A DNA stretch of 64,000 nucleotides from Candidatus Woesearchaeota archaeon (GTDB lineage: Archaea; Nanobdellota; Nanobdellia; Woesearchaeales; 0-14-0-80-44-23), in the NCBI GenBank assembly GCA_038874135.1, contig JAVZCZ010000001.1:160001-224000 (forward strand), given 5' to 3'. A program made the translations under genes and the position numbers. Positions 49,422 through 59,056 of the stretch are shown piece after piece. The notes beneath the pieces were generated by a model. That model was given only the letters and a program-made list of their open reading frames with translations, searched no databases and was not told where the DNA came from. Numbering within the stretch: the first letter of the stretch is position 1; each line of letters starts with the position of its first letter.

Positions 49422-50168
49422 ATGAATTATAAGAAGTATAATAGTTCCTATGAAGAAGATGAAATTTACTTTTTAAAAAATTTAGAGCCCTTTCAGCTTT
49501 CAACAGGAGAAAGGCTTTATCTTCCAAGATATTCTCTGAAAACTTCTGACAGGATAATTGAAACCTTTAATTATATAGTCCTTAGAATTATGAAGGGTCC
49601 CAAAGCAGTTAAAAATTACGAAATTAACATGTTAAACTCGTGGAGCAACGCCCCTCTTAAGAGGTCTATAGATGAGAACGCTGAAATGTTAGAAAAAGAA
49701 GTAAGAGATCCTAAAGAGCTATTCCAAAAAAGAGTAGAATATGCTCACCACTCAATTGAACTTGTTATAGAAGAAATGAGAAGCCAGATGCTCTCCCAAA
49801 ATATAGTGATAGATGAGGAAGATAATTGTGCATTAGACATGACGCACAATCTTCATTTATATAACCGGGCTCTTCTCTTAAATCAGGCTTATGCTGATAG
49901 GATAGGTGAGAAGAAGTTTAGAAGATTATTTGAAGAGAGCAACAAGTGTATGAGTGTATTTAGTGATTTCTTTAGAATAAACACTGCACTAAAGCTGCAC
50001 GAATTTGCAGAAGATGAAGTGTATGAGATGCCTGAAAAATCGTTGAAGCAGGCGTATAAAATTCTTAAAAAGAATTACAGCCTATATTACCACAATGAGA
50101 ATGTTATAAGCGTTCTTGAAGAGATTTTCTTAGAAGAATCTGCTCGTGAAAAGATAAATATTAACTAA
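49422..50168 (+). CDS. hypothetical protein
   Basis: 248 aa helical ORF with own TATA. Confidence 0.6.
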   Translation: MNYKKYNSSYEEDEIYFLKNLEPFQLSTGERLYLPRYSLKTSDRIIETFNYIVLRIMKGPKAVKNYEINMLNSWSNAPLKRSIDENAEMLEKEVRDPKELFQKRVEYAHHSIELVIEEMRSQMLSQNIVIDEEDNCALDMTHNLHLYNRALLLNQAYADRIGEKKFRRLFEESNKCMSVFSDFFRINTALKLHEFAEDEVYEMPEKSLKQAYKILKKNYSLYYHNENVISVLEEIFLEESAREKININ

Positions 50169-50181
50169 AAAATTGGAAAGA

Positions 50182-50709
50182 TTATTTCATCTGGGATCTC
50201 CTAGCAGCGCTGGTCAATCCGCGCTTGACCCTGTTCCTGTTCTTGGGACTTGCAATCCAGCTGAGCTGCGGATCCTTAATAATCTGAGGATGACTCCTGT
50301 CCACAAGAACAACCTCATACCAGTAGTACTGCCCGTCCTTGCCCACGAAGTAGGAGTTCAACACTTCCAGGTTTGGAAACGCCTTCTGAGCCCTCTGCTC
50401 GGCAACAGCTTGATAGCTCAGATTTACAACCTTCTTTCTACCATACTTCTTAGGCCTTCTTCCATTCCTTATCTTAGGCTTCATCCTCCCGCCGCGGGGA
50501 ACTCTCTGTCTGACAAGAATTATTCCGGGCTTCGCCCTGTATCCTACGGAGCGCGCCCTGTCCAGCCTCGTCGGATATTCTATTCTCAGAGTTGCCGGCT
50601 CTTTTCTCCATTGAATCAGGCGCTGCCTAACAATTTCAGAATGCTGCTCACTTTCAGAATTGAAGTTCTCCCTAACATACTTGTATAAAGACATCTTCTC
50701 GGCCTCCAT
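50182..50709 (-). CDS. rpl15e: 50S ribosomal protein L15e
   Basis: 'PTRLDRAR..GY.AKPG', 'NLEVLNSY', 'RGLTSA'. Confidence 0.96.
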   Translation of the reverse strand: MEAEKMSLYKYVRENFNSESEQHSEIVRQRLIQWRKEPATLRIEYPTRLDRARSVGYRAKPGIILVRQRVPRGGRMKPKIRNGRRPKKYGRKKVVNLSYQAVAEQRAQKAFPNLEVLNSYFVGKDGQYYWYEVVLVDRSHPQIIKDPQLSWIASPKNRNRVKRGLTSAARRSQMK

Positions 50710-50719
50710 TATTATTTCT

Positions 50720-50775
50720 AATCCTCTGATTCGGGCAAGCCAACGCCCACATCTCAGATTTGTCCGTGGAATCCT
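50720..50775 (-). promoter_or_regulatory. candidate structured eL15 ribosomal leader
   Basis: 5' UTR folds TCTGA-GATGT-GGGCG-TTGGCT-TGCCC-GAA-TCAGA just upstream of rpl15e. Confidence 0.5.
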
Positions 50776-50912
50776 AAGGTTGTTTATAAATCTTGTGATG
50801 TTTAGCAGAGAAGTAAAAAGAGTTTGTACTAACTGCTTAATTGCACACTTGTTAGTAATAATTTAAAGAAAGTTTAAAAAAGCAGGTAGTTTAGTAGGAT
50901 TGAGGCGATCCT

Positions 50913-51116
50913 ATGAGTTTTAAGGGCTGGGTAGAAAAGAGGATTAGAAGTTTTACAATGTGGGATTGGGCTTTGGCAAAAGCGGTTCTGGTGCTTTTAG
51001 GGGTGATAATAGGAGCATACGCTACAAATTTTGTAAGGAGCCATATCTTATACTTCGCAGCTGCATTTTTATCATTATACGCGCTCCTAATTTACAGGCT
51101 GCTTATAAGAAAATAG
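50913..51116 (+). CDS. small two-TM membrane protein
   Basis: 67 aa with SD GAGGCG. Confidence 0.6.
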   Translation: MSFKGWVEKRIRSFTMWDWALAKAVLVLLGVIIGAYATNFVRSHILYFAAAFLSLYALLIYRLLIRK

Positions 51117-51132
51117 GGATGAGGCAGTTTAG

Positions 51133-51807
51133 ATGACTCTCGAAAAGATAAGGGACAAACTCCATCCTAACCTTTATGATGCACTTTTCAAAGCGGGTAT
51201 ACGCGAGCTTAGGCCAGCACAGCGAAAGTCAATTCAGGCTGGGCTTCTGGAAGGAAAAAACCTGCTGGTTTGCACGCCTACAGCTTCTGGAAAGACACTT
51301 GTTGCAGAGCTGGCAATGCTTAACAACCTACTTAAAAATCCTGGAAGGAAGGCAATCTACATAGTGCCTCTTAAGGCATTGGCTTCTGAGAAGTTCAAGC
51401 AGTTTAAGAGGAAGTATGGGCATCTGGTAAGGATTGCGCTCTCAACTGGAGATCTTGACTCTGAAGATTTATACCTTGCAGATTACGACCTGATAATCTG
51501 CACTTCTGAAAAGTTTGACTCTTTAATAAGGCATAACGCCCCCTGGCTGGCAAGGGTTTCAGTAGTGATAATTGACGAGATACACTTATTAAATGATCCT
51601 ACTAGGGGACCGACCTTAGAGGTTCTGATAACAATTCTTAAGGATAAGCTCAGGAATCTTCAAATTGTAGGGCTCTCAGCCACGATTGGAAATCCTGAAG
51701 AGTTGGCAGAGTGGCTGGAAGCTAAGCTGGTGATTGATGATTGGAGACCTGTGAAGCTCTCAAAGGGCATACTCATTGGAAATAGGATAAAATTTTTTGA
51801 AGATTAA
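51133..51807 (+). CDS. Hel308/Ski2-like helicase, first RecA domain only
   Basis: 'PAQ', 'PTASGKT', 'VPLKALA', 'DEIH', 'SAT', 'WRPV'; stops before the HelicC domain. Confidence 0.85.
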   Translation: MTLEKIRDKLHPNLYDALFKAGIRELRPAQRKSIQAGLLEGKNLLVCTPTASGKTLVAELAMLNNLLKNPGRKAIYIVPLKALASEKFKQFKRKYGHLVRIALSTGDLDSEDLYLADYDLIICTSEKFDSLIRHNAPWLARVSVVIIDEIHLLNDPTRGPTLEVLITILKDKLRNLQIVGLSATIGNPEELAEWLEAKLVIDDWRPVKLSKGILIGNRIKFFED

Positions 51808-53093
51808 GCAAGTCCTATGCTTGAAACCACCTTTTCAGGGTTGAAGGCGTCCAGGTCTTCATAGTTCTGGCCCGTGCCGAGGTATAGTATCGGCTTTCTC
51901 GTAACATAGCTTATTGAGATTGCTGTTCCGCCCTTTTCATCTATGTCTGCCTTTGCAAGGATTATAGCATCTATGCCGACTGCCTCGTTAAAGCTTCGCG
52001 CCTGCTCTATGCAGTCGTTTCCCGTAATCGCCTCGCCCACGAATATCTTTAGGTCTGGCTTTGCGACCCTTACTATCTTTTTCAGCTCGTCCATGAGGTT
52101 GGTGTTAGAGTGCATCCTTCCAGCAGTGTCTATGAGCACAGCGTTTATGCCGTGAGCCTCTGCATATTTTATAGCGTCAAATGCAACTGCTGCAGAGTCC
52201 GCTCCGTACTGGTGCTTTATGAGCTTCACGCCTAACCTCTGAGCGTGCTGCTCCAGCTGGTCTATTGCAGCTGCCCTGAAGGTGTCTCCTGCTGCTAGTA
52301 CGCAGCTCAGCCCGTTTTTGAGCAGCAGGTTAGCAATCTTAGCTATCGTGGTTGTTTTTCCAGATCCGTTTATTCCGAGGAATAGTATTACATACGGCTT
52401 TTTCTCTCTTACTTTTGATACCAAGTCAAAGCCTTCCACTTCAAATAGGGACTTTATGCTTTCTTTGAGTGCATTCTCAATTGTCTGCTCAACTTGGGAG
52501 CGAGGCAGAGGCTTATTCACGAGCTCTCCTTTCAACCCGCTCTTTATTCTTTCTATGACTTCTACCGCGACATTATTTTCCAACAGGGAAACTTCTAAGT
52601 CCCAGAAAAGCTTTTCAAACTGCTCTTCTGAGATGGTCTTCTTAGTGAAAGCGTCTGAGATTTTTGTGAGTATACCCCTTTTCTGCTCGGGAATCCCTTC
52701 AGCTTCAATTTCTTTTTTATCTTCTGAAGCTTGTTCAGATTTTCTCTCTTCCAAAATTTCAGGCTGTTCGCGACTTTTGCCGCGGGAGAATATCTTTTTG
52801 AGAATTCCCCCTCGGGATTGTTGTGTTTCCTTCTCTTCTTTAGGCGCACTTTTTTCAGTTTTTTCAGGTTCTTCCTGCTCTTCAGTAATCCCGGCTTTTT
52901 CAAGCTTATCCTTTTCTGATTCTTCTTTAGGTTTCTCCGTGGTTGGCTGTCTATTCTTCTCTTCCCGATTAGCCACTTCAAGTTGAAACTCCTCTTCAGC
53001 TGATTCTGTTGACTCTTCAGAAACCTCTTCTTCAACTTTTTTTGAGAATACTGAGAGTGCCCCCTTCAGCTTCTTCTTAAGGAATTCAAACAT
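51804..53093 (-). CDS. ftsY: signal recognition particle receptor FtsY
   Basis: Acidic N-terminus, 'GINGSGKTTT', 'DTFRAAA', 'DTAGR', 'GTGQ'. Confidence 0.96.
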   Translation of the reverse strand: MFEFLKKKLKGALSVFSKKVEEEVSEESTESAEEEFQLEVANREEKNRQPTTEKPKEESEKDKLEKAGITEEQEEPEKTEKSAPKEEKETQQSRGGILKKIFSRGKSREQPEILEERKSEQASEDKKEIEAEGIPEQKRGILTKISDAFTKKTISEEQFEKLFWDLEVSLLENNVAVEVIERIKSGLKGELVNKPLPRSQVEQTIENALKESIKSLFEVEGFDLVSKVREKKPYVILFLGINGSGKTTTIAKIANLLLKNGLSCVLAAGDTFRAAAIDQLEQHAQRLGVKLIKHQYGADSAAVAFDAIKYAEAHGINAVLIDTAGRMHSNTNLMDELKKIVRVAKPDLKIFVGEAITGNDCIEQARSFNEAVGIDAIILAKADIDEKGGTAISISYVTRKPILYLGTGQNYEDLDAFNPEKVVSSIGLA

Positions 53094-53104
53094 TTTAGAG
53101 CCCT

Positions 53105-53563
53105 TTACTCCTTCTCCTTCTTCATAGTCTCATGAAGTAGTTTTCTAAGCTCTGTTTCGCTATTAACTGCCGCGCTGTTCAGCTGTTCAATCTGGGAGAT
53201 TAGCTGCTCATTATAACCTTTCAGCTCTGAGAGACGCTCTTCAAGAATCTTTATTACATCCTGAGCCTTTTTCTCAACCATCACTCCCGCTCCAACATTC
53301 ATCACAAGGTTTTCAGCATCAGTTATCCTTCCTCTAGCATATATGCCGCCAGTTATTGGGATTAGTGCCTCTTCAGAATTTTTTGCCTCAGCAAGCTCTC
53401 CTATGGCAGAGATTGCAGAGGTGATCTCAGCTATCCTTGAGCTTATCTCCTCGCTCTGCCTCTGAAGCTCGCCTATCTGCTCGCTCAGAATCTGAAGGTC
53501 GGTATATAATCTTTGAAGTTCTATATCCCTATTTTTTTTCTCATTGGTTTCCATATACTTCAC
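53105..53563 (-). CDS. pfdA: prefoldin subunit alpha
   Basis: Coiled coils, 'LIPITGGIY', 'VGAGVMVEK'. Confidence 0.9.
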   Translation of the reverse strand: MKYMETNEKKNRDIELQRLYTDLQILSEQIGELQRQSEEISSRIAEITSAISAIGELAEAKNSEEALIPITGGIYARGRITDAENLVMNVGAGVMVEKKAQDVIKILEERLSELKGYNEQLISQIEQLNSAAVNSETELRKLLHETMKKEKE

Positions 53564-54225
53564 TACTCCTGAAAAGCATCCTGAACCTGCATTACCTCAA
53601 TGGTTGTAGTTGGGTCTCCCATGATTAAGCCTCTTGAATTAAGTATAACGCCTGAGCTCACAAATGGGTTTCCAAAATTTATAGTAGTTCTTTCAAGATG
53701 AACTCCCAGAATATTTTCAGCAGTTTTCTTCTCGGATTCTGAAGCCTCAGGATTTATGAGCCCCGCCTTAGAGTTTGAAATTATTGAAGAGCCAACTGCC
53801 TTTGATTTTGCTATGCTCATCCTAACAGCTTTAACATTTAAAAGCTCACTGATGAGCTCTGTTTCCCTTTGAGAGTATTCATCACTAACAACTGCGCCCC
53901 TATTGTTGCAGGCAATATTGTTTCCAAGAGCAGTAAGGTCCGAATCAAAAACCTTGAAGTTTATTCCAAGTTTCGTAAGCTCTCGCAGCTCCTCCTCAAA
54001 AGCTATCTTCGGAACAAGAATGCAGTGCTCATTACCAGCAATCAGAGCGCCTATCAGAGAAGTGCCCGCTATGTTAATCCTGTAAACGGGAACTCCTAAG
54101 TATTTCGCAATCTGCTCCTCATACTGCCGTGGCACGTCCCTTCCGAGAAGGCAGAACCTGTCATTAGCGTAAGCATAAAGGCCAATGTTCGGATTTCCAT
54201 AAAAAGACATCTTAGCAATCTTCAT
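53563..54225 (-). CDS. eif6: translation initiation factor 6 (aIF6)
   Basis: 'GNPNIG', 'IAGTSLIG', 'ALGN.I.CN', 'TINFG'. Confidence 0.93.
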   Translation of the reverse strand: MKIAKMSFYGNPNIGLYAYANDRFCLLGRDVPRQYEEQIAKYLGVPVYRINIAGTSLIGALIAGNEHCILVPKIAFEEELRELTKLGINFKVFDSDLTALGNNIACNNRGAVVSDEYSQRETELISELLNVKAVRMSIAKSKAVGSSIISNSKAGLINPEASESEKKTAENILGVHLERTTINFGNPFVSSGVILNSRGLIMGDPTTTIEVMQVQDAFQE

Positions 54226-54288
54226 AATCTCCCCTTCCAGATATGAGAAGCCAAAAGCATTTTAAAAATGTTGTGGAGAAAGAGGGGA

Positions 54289-54546
54289 CTAAATGATTTT
54301 TACCTTCTGAAAGAGCGCCTGTCCTGGCATGCCTCTTTCAAAGAGCGCCCTCACAGCACCAGAGTTGCCGTGAGCTGCTCTTATCTCTCCATGAATTTCT
54401 CTTCCGGCAGGGCTCTTCCAGACAACCTTCTTACCAACGAGCTTTGCAGCAGCCTCTTTGGAATTAATGCCTTCAATCTTTAATATCATCTGGTTGTTGT
54501 GAGTAATCCTCTTACTCCTTTTAAAACTCATTATTGTAGCTTCCAT
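54289..54546 (-). CDS. rpl35ae: 50S ribosomal protein L35Ae (eL33)
   Basis: 'G.I...HGNSGAVRA.F', 'PGQA'. Confidence 0.93.
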   Translation of the reverse strand: MEATIMSFKRSKRITHNNQMILKIEGINSKEAAAKLVGKKVVWKSPAGREIHGEIRAAHGNSGAVRALFERGMPGQALFQKVKII

Positions 54547-54598
54547 AAAAAGAGTGAGAACTGCGCTCATTTAAAAATCTTGTGATTCTATTGAAAGC

Positions 54599-55357
54599 TT
54601 ATAAATTAGAACGCTCATAAATTAATTTAATCATATCGTAAAGTTTTGGATCACACCATCCATTAAATATTCCATCTACTCCCGCATCTTTAAGTTGCTG
54701 AATAACTTTGGGATTATCATAATATACGGGCATTCCATACGCCATAGAGCCAGCTGATTTTGCTGCTCTAACGCCGTTCGGAGAATCTTCAAAAACAATC
54801 TGCTTTGAAGGAGAAACTCCGTGCAATTCAGCAGTTTTTATATAAACTTCCGGGTGTGGTTTTAAATTCCTAACATCCTCTTTGAGGATTATTTTCTCAA
54901 GACCGAAGAGTTCTAGTAGTTCGGCTTGATCAAGGATGTGCATTGCTTGTCCTGTAGAGGTAAGAGACCCAATTGCATATTTAAATCCTAAACTTTTAAT
55001 GAAAAAGAAAAATTCAAGGAAGCCTTCTCTAGGGCGTATCTCAAATTCTGGTAGAAGATTGTTGTAATAGAACTTTTTTGCATAGTGAATTTCTTTCGGA
55101 TCCACATATATTCCAAAATGTTTTAGTCCATATTTTGCAATTTCTTTAGCTATTTCCTCGTCAGGACCTCCTATAAAGTGGGGAAACTCATCTAGGTTTT
55201 TGAGAAATTGTTCAACGGTTAAATTAATTCCGAAAGCTTTGGCTGAAAGTTCGTGCGCTTTGTGATGCACATTCCCTAAATTAACTGTTGTTCCTTCCAA
55301 GTCAAATGTGACCACAATTATTTCCTTCTCAGGCAGGATTATTTTTTCAAGGCTCAT
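54599..55357 (-). CDS. HAD-superfamily phosphatase (beta-PGM/CbbY-like)
   Basis: 'FDLEGT', 'KPHPEVY', 'FEDS.NG..AA..AG'. Confidence 0.85.
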   Translation of the reverse strand: MSLEKIILPEKEIIVVTFDLEGTTVNLGNVHHKAHELSAKAFGINLTVEQFLKNLDEFPHFIGGPDEEIAKEIAKYGLKHFGIYVDPKEIHYAKKFYYNNLLPEFEIRPREGFLEFFFFIKSLGFKYAIGSLTSTGQAMHILDQAELLELFGLEKIILKEDVRNLKPHPEVYIKTAELHGVSPSKQIVFEDSPNGVRAAKSAGSMAYGMPVYYDNPKVIQQLKDAGVDGIFNGWCDPKLYDMIKLIYERSNL

Positions 55358-55452
55358 GTTCTAAAAATAAATATTTCAACTATTTAAATTTTTCGGTTAT
55401 TTAACTACCTTTTAGTAACAAATAATTCAACATATGAAAAATTAGAAAAAAT

Positions 55453-57081
55453 TTAGTACTCAGGCATATCAGAAGGCATCTTAGACGGGCCGCTCCTGTC
55501 TGACTTGCTGGCTGCGATAACATCATCTATCCTCAATATCATCACTGCAACCTCAGATGCTGACTTTATCGCCTGGGTTTTTATCCTGAGCGGCTCTATA
55601 ACGCCTTGCTTCATAGCATCTATAATCTTGCCTGAGAACACATCAATACCCGCCCACTTCTGGCCCTTGTCGTGACTAGCTTTCAGGTCTGTAAGCACAT
55701 CTATGGGATCTAATCCCGCGTTTTCAGCCAGTGTTCTAGGTATGACTTCTATTGAGTCGGCAAATGCCTGCACTGCGAGCTGCTCCCTGCCGCTTAGTGA
55801 TTCTGAGAACTTTCTAAGCTGCCTTGCAAGCTCTGTCTCTACTGAGCCTGCTCCTCCAACTACTTTTCCGTCGCTGAGTGCTGCTGCAAGGTCTCCTATA
55901 GCGTCCTCCATTGCCCTCTTTATTTCCGAGATGACATGGTCGCTTCCGCCCCTAATAAGTATTGTTACTGCCTTTGGATTCTTGCATCCTGTTACGAAGG
56001 TCATGGATTCGTCTCCTGTCTTTCTCTCTTCAACGAGTCCTGCAAAGCCCAAGTCATTAGGTGAGAAGTCTTCAAGCGTAGTTAGCACTTTTCCACCTGT
56101 AGCTAGTTCAAGCTTCTCCATATCCGACTGGGATACTCTTCTCACTGCATATATGCCCTTCTTTGCTAATAGGTGCTGCGCTATGTCATCTATACCTTTC
56201 TGGCAGAACACCACATTAGCTCCCGTCTTAGCTACTTTATCCACGAGGTCTCTTATCATCTTCTCTTCCATGTCCAGGAATGCCTGCATCTTCTCAGGAT
56301 CTGTTATCTGAATCTTTGCTTCTGTCTCAGTATTTTTTATTTCCAGGGCTGAGTCAAGAAGGAGTATCTTTGCATTCTTTACAGAGCTTGGCATTCCAGA
56401 GTGTACCTTCTCCTTATCAAGAACAATACCATCTATAAGTTCAGTATCCTCTATTCCGCCGCCCACCTTCTTCTCAATCTTTATGTTGTCCTTTGCAACT
56501 ACAATTTTTCCATTTTTGACTTCAGCAATCTTCTTAACTGCCTCAACTGCTATCTTGCTCAGCTTATCCTTCGCATATTCTGCTCCCTTTCCAGTCATGG
56601 CTGTCATGGCAATCTTCTGAAGTGGAGCGGTATCCTTCTCACTTATCGGCTCAGCTATTTTCTCAAGGATCTCATTCGCCTTGTCAGCTGCAATTATGTA
56701 GCCCTTAGCTATCACGGTTGGATGTATATCCTGGTCCAGGAGCTCTTCTGCCCGCTTGAGAAGCTCCCCTGCAACAACAACTGCTGTTGTCGTTCCATCG
56801 CCAACCTCATCTTCCTGAGTCTTAGCTATTTCCACCATCATCTTAGCTATGGGATGGTCAATCTCAATTTCTTCAAGAATTGTCACCCCATCATTTGTTA
56901 TTGTTACATCTCCCAATGTGTCTACAAGCATCTTATCCATTCCCTTCGGACCTAGCGTGGTCCTCACAGTAGATGCCACCTGTATTGCAGCTGTTATGTT
57001 CATGTGCTGCGCGTTTTTGCCAGTTGTCCTCTGGCTGCCTTCCGGCAGAATGAAGATTGGTTGTATTTGCGGTTGTGCCAT
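55453..57081 (-). CDS. ths: thermosome (group II chaperonin) subunit
   Basis: '[10 protein letters not shown]', 'TNDG', 'GDGTTT', 'RIDD'. Confidence 0.97.
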   Translation of the reverse strand: MAQPQIQPIFILPEGSQRTTGKNAQHMNITAAIQVASTVRTTLGPKGMDKMLVDTLGDVTITNDGVTILEEIEIDHPIAKMMVEIAKTQEDEVGDGTTTAVVVAGELLKRAEELLDQDIHPTVIAKGYIIAADKANEILEKIAEPISEKDTAPLQKIAMTAMTGKGAEYAKDKLSKIAVEAVKKIAEVKNGKIVVAKDNIKIEKKVGGGIEDTELIDGIVLDKEKVHSGMPSSVKNAKILLLDSALEIKNTETEAKIQITDPEKMQAFLDMEEKMIRDLVDKVAKTGANVVFCQKGIDDIAQHLLAKKGIYAVRRVSQSDMEKLELATGGKVLTTLEDFSPNDLGFAGLVEERKTGDESMTFVTGCKNPKAVTILIRGGSDHVISEIKRAMEDAIGDLAAALSDGKVVGGAGSVETELARQLRKFSESLSGREQLAVQAFADSIEVIPRTLAENAGLDPIDVLTDLKASHDKGQKWAGIDVFSGKIIDAMKQGVIEPLRIKTQAIKSASEVAVMILRIDDVIAASKSDRSGPSKMPSDMPEY

Positions 57082-57243
57082 AAATTCTCACCTCATTATT
57101 TTGAGATTTTTGGATTATTCTGCTCCTAAACCCCCTAAAAAATATAAAAATTGTATACAAGCAGGTATATATAAAGGTTTCGGAAATATGTTCTGTTAAA
57201 TTGTTGTAGGTAATTAATCGGCTACTTGAAAGAACTCTAAAGC

Positions 57244-58053
57244 CTAAAGCAGATTAGCAATTTTCTTTATATCCTTATTTGCTATATAAGTGTAAATTTG
57301 CGTTGTTTTCAAATCTTTATGGCCTAATAGCTGTTGAATATATCGAATATCAGCACCAGATTCCAATAAATGAGTGGCAAAATTGTGCCTTAAGGTATGG
57401 GGAGTAACTCTTTTCTTTATGCCTGCTTTCTTTGAAGCAGATTTGACAATCTGTTGGATTGTCCGTTTATTGTATTTTCCTTCTCTTTGGGAAACAAAAA
57501 TTGGACCTTCCTCCTTTATTCCATACATTTACAGCATATCACTCAATTTTTTATGAAGGAATACAACTCTTTCTTTATCTCCTTTAGCAGTTTTTAGGTG
57601 GATAACTTCTCTGTCAAAATCAATATCTTGCCAATTGAGGTTTCCAGCTTCGTCTAGCCAAAGACCAGCGTAATAAAGAAACATGATAACAAGTTTGTGT
57701 TTCAAATTATTTGTCGAATCTATCATTTTGATAACTTCTTCTTTACTTAAAACTAATGGTAATTTCAGAGATTTTCTGGCGAGAGGTAGCTTCTCCTCAA
57801 ATTTAGTGTTCAAAACATTTTCATAAAAAAAATTTTAGGGTAAAGTATGCGGACCTCATTGTCGATTTGCTTTTAGTGATATAAGACAATAAAAACTCCC
57901 TGGGCATTTTACCTGAAGACAGAAAATCTTTCACTATGGAAATATAGCACTTGCCTGTTTGACAGGAATACCTTATGAGCTTTAATTCCTCAATTAACTT
58001 GCCATTAGTTTATATTTTTCTTCTAGAGAGTAGATTTTACCTTCCTCATTCAT
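57244..58053 (-). pseudogene. Xer-type tyrosine recombinase/integrase pseudogene
   Basis: Two frameshifts (~58003 and poly-T ~57830), in-frame TAA at 57529-57531, catalytic Arg replaced ('YAGLWLDE'); C-terminus retains HTLRH, LGH and TTQIY. Confidence 0.88.
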
Positions 58054-58303
58054 AAATTTTATTATGATGACTAACTACATAAAATCTCGCTTTTTATCTA
58101 AATTTTTACAATAAAACGAATATTTATATCGCTTAATAGTTGTTCAACACAATTTGAGAACCTGCTTATTGCCACCCCGCCCAGACGGAAGCGCGCTTGT
58201 CCTTCGGACACATATTGTCTCGCTTTCAGCAGAAAGATTAATAGAAACGATGAGGGTCTTTTTTCGAATACTTTATAAATATGTTAAAGTTATACTTAAT
58301 ATT

Positions 58304-59056
58304 ATGGACGCTAAAGATATTGAAACAGTTGAAAAAAGGTATTTCGATGAGATAGCCTTTTTTATAGACAAAAATATCCAATGGGTTCTTGAAAGATTGA
58401 AGTCAAAAAATGAAATTAAAGAAGATTGGTTACAAACATTTAAAAAAACTTGTAGAGAAGCATACGAGGAATCATCAGAATTAGATGTAGGGGCAGAGAG
58501 AGTAATTCATAATTTATTTGGTCAATATAGACTTTTTGCTGTTAATTCTTCTCCTATCGGTTCAGATTTAATGTTTGAAACTCATGACGCTTTCATTCAT
58601 ATTGAAGTAAAAACTACTACTGATTCAAATCCGGCCGACTTCAAAGGAAAAATACAAATTGCACAAAGCCAAACTACTTACGAGGTTAGTCAAACAAAAA
58701 GAGGAAATCCTTATCCTTTTATTCCAAGTTTGCCAAAAATTTACTCAAATAAAAAAATCTGTCTAACTTATGTAATTCAAATCATACACAAAAATCAAGA
58801 AGATTTACCAAAAATAATAGTATTGTTTTCTATCCCTAATGGGCTATTAAAATCTACTTATGGGAATTGCATTAATTCTGGAAAACACACAAAAGAGTTA
58901 AATCGTTTGGGTTCGAGAGGGGATATAAGATTTTTGTATAAAGATGCAAGTAAATTTGAAAATCTAGAAAATAAACCGAGTAGAATAAAAGTTATCTATC
59001 CTCAAAACCCCTCAAAAGAATTACTTAAGAAGTATTTGGGCTTAGAAGAGTTATAA
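58304..59056 (+). CDS. putative type II restriction endonuclease (PD-(D/E)XK)
   Basis: 'E...SDLMFE...IHIEVKT'; convergent with a methyltransferase gene. Confidence 0.7.
   Translation: MDAKDIETVEKRYFDEIAFFIDKNIQWVLERLKSKNEIKEDWLQTFKKTCREAYEESSELDVGAERVIHNLFGQYRLFAVNSSPIGSDLMFETHDAFIHIEVKTTTDSNPADFKGKIQIAQSQTTYEVSQTKRGNPYPFIPSLPKIYSNKKICLTYVIQIIHKNQEDLPKIIVLFSIPNGLLKSTYGNCINSGKHTKELNRLGSRGDIRFLYKDASKFENLENKPSRIKVIYPQNPSKELLKKYLGLEEL

Noticed and set aside
50173-50688. 171-aa plus-strand ORF
   Set aside because: Antisense shadow of rpl15e
52282-52986. 234-aa plus-strand Ser-rich ORF, and similar shadows over leuS, thermosome and gdhA
   Set aside because: Antisense to well-supported genes, no motifs
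57244-58053. Programmed frameshift or readthrough rescuing the integrase, or a true IntI
   Set aside because: Three independent lesions plus loss of the catalytic Arg; no IntI-specific insertion
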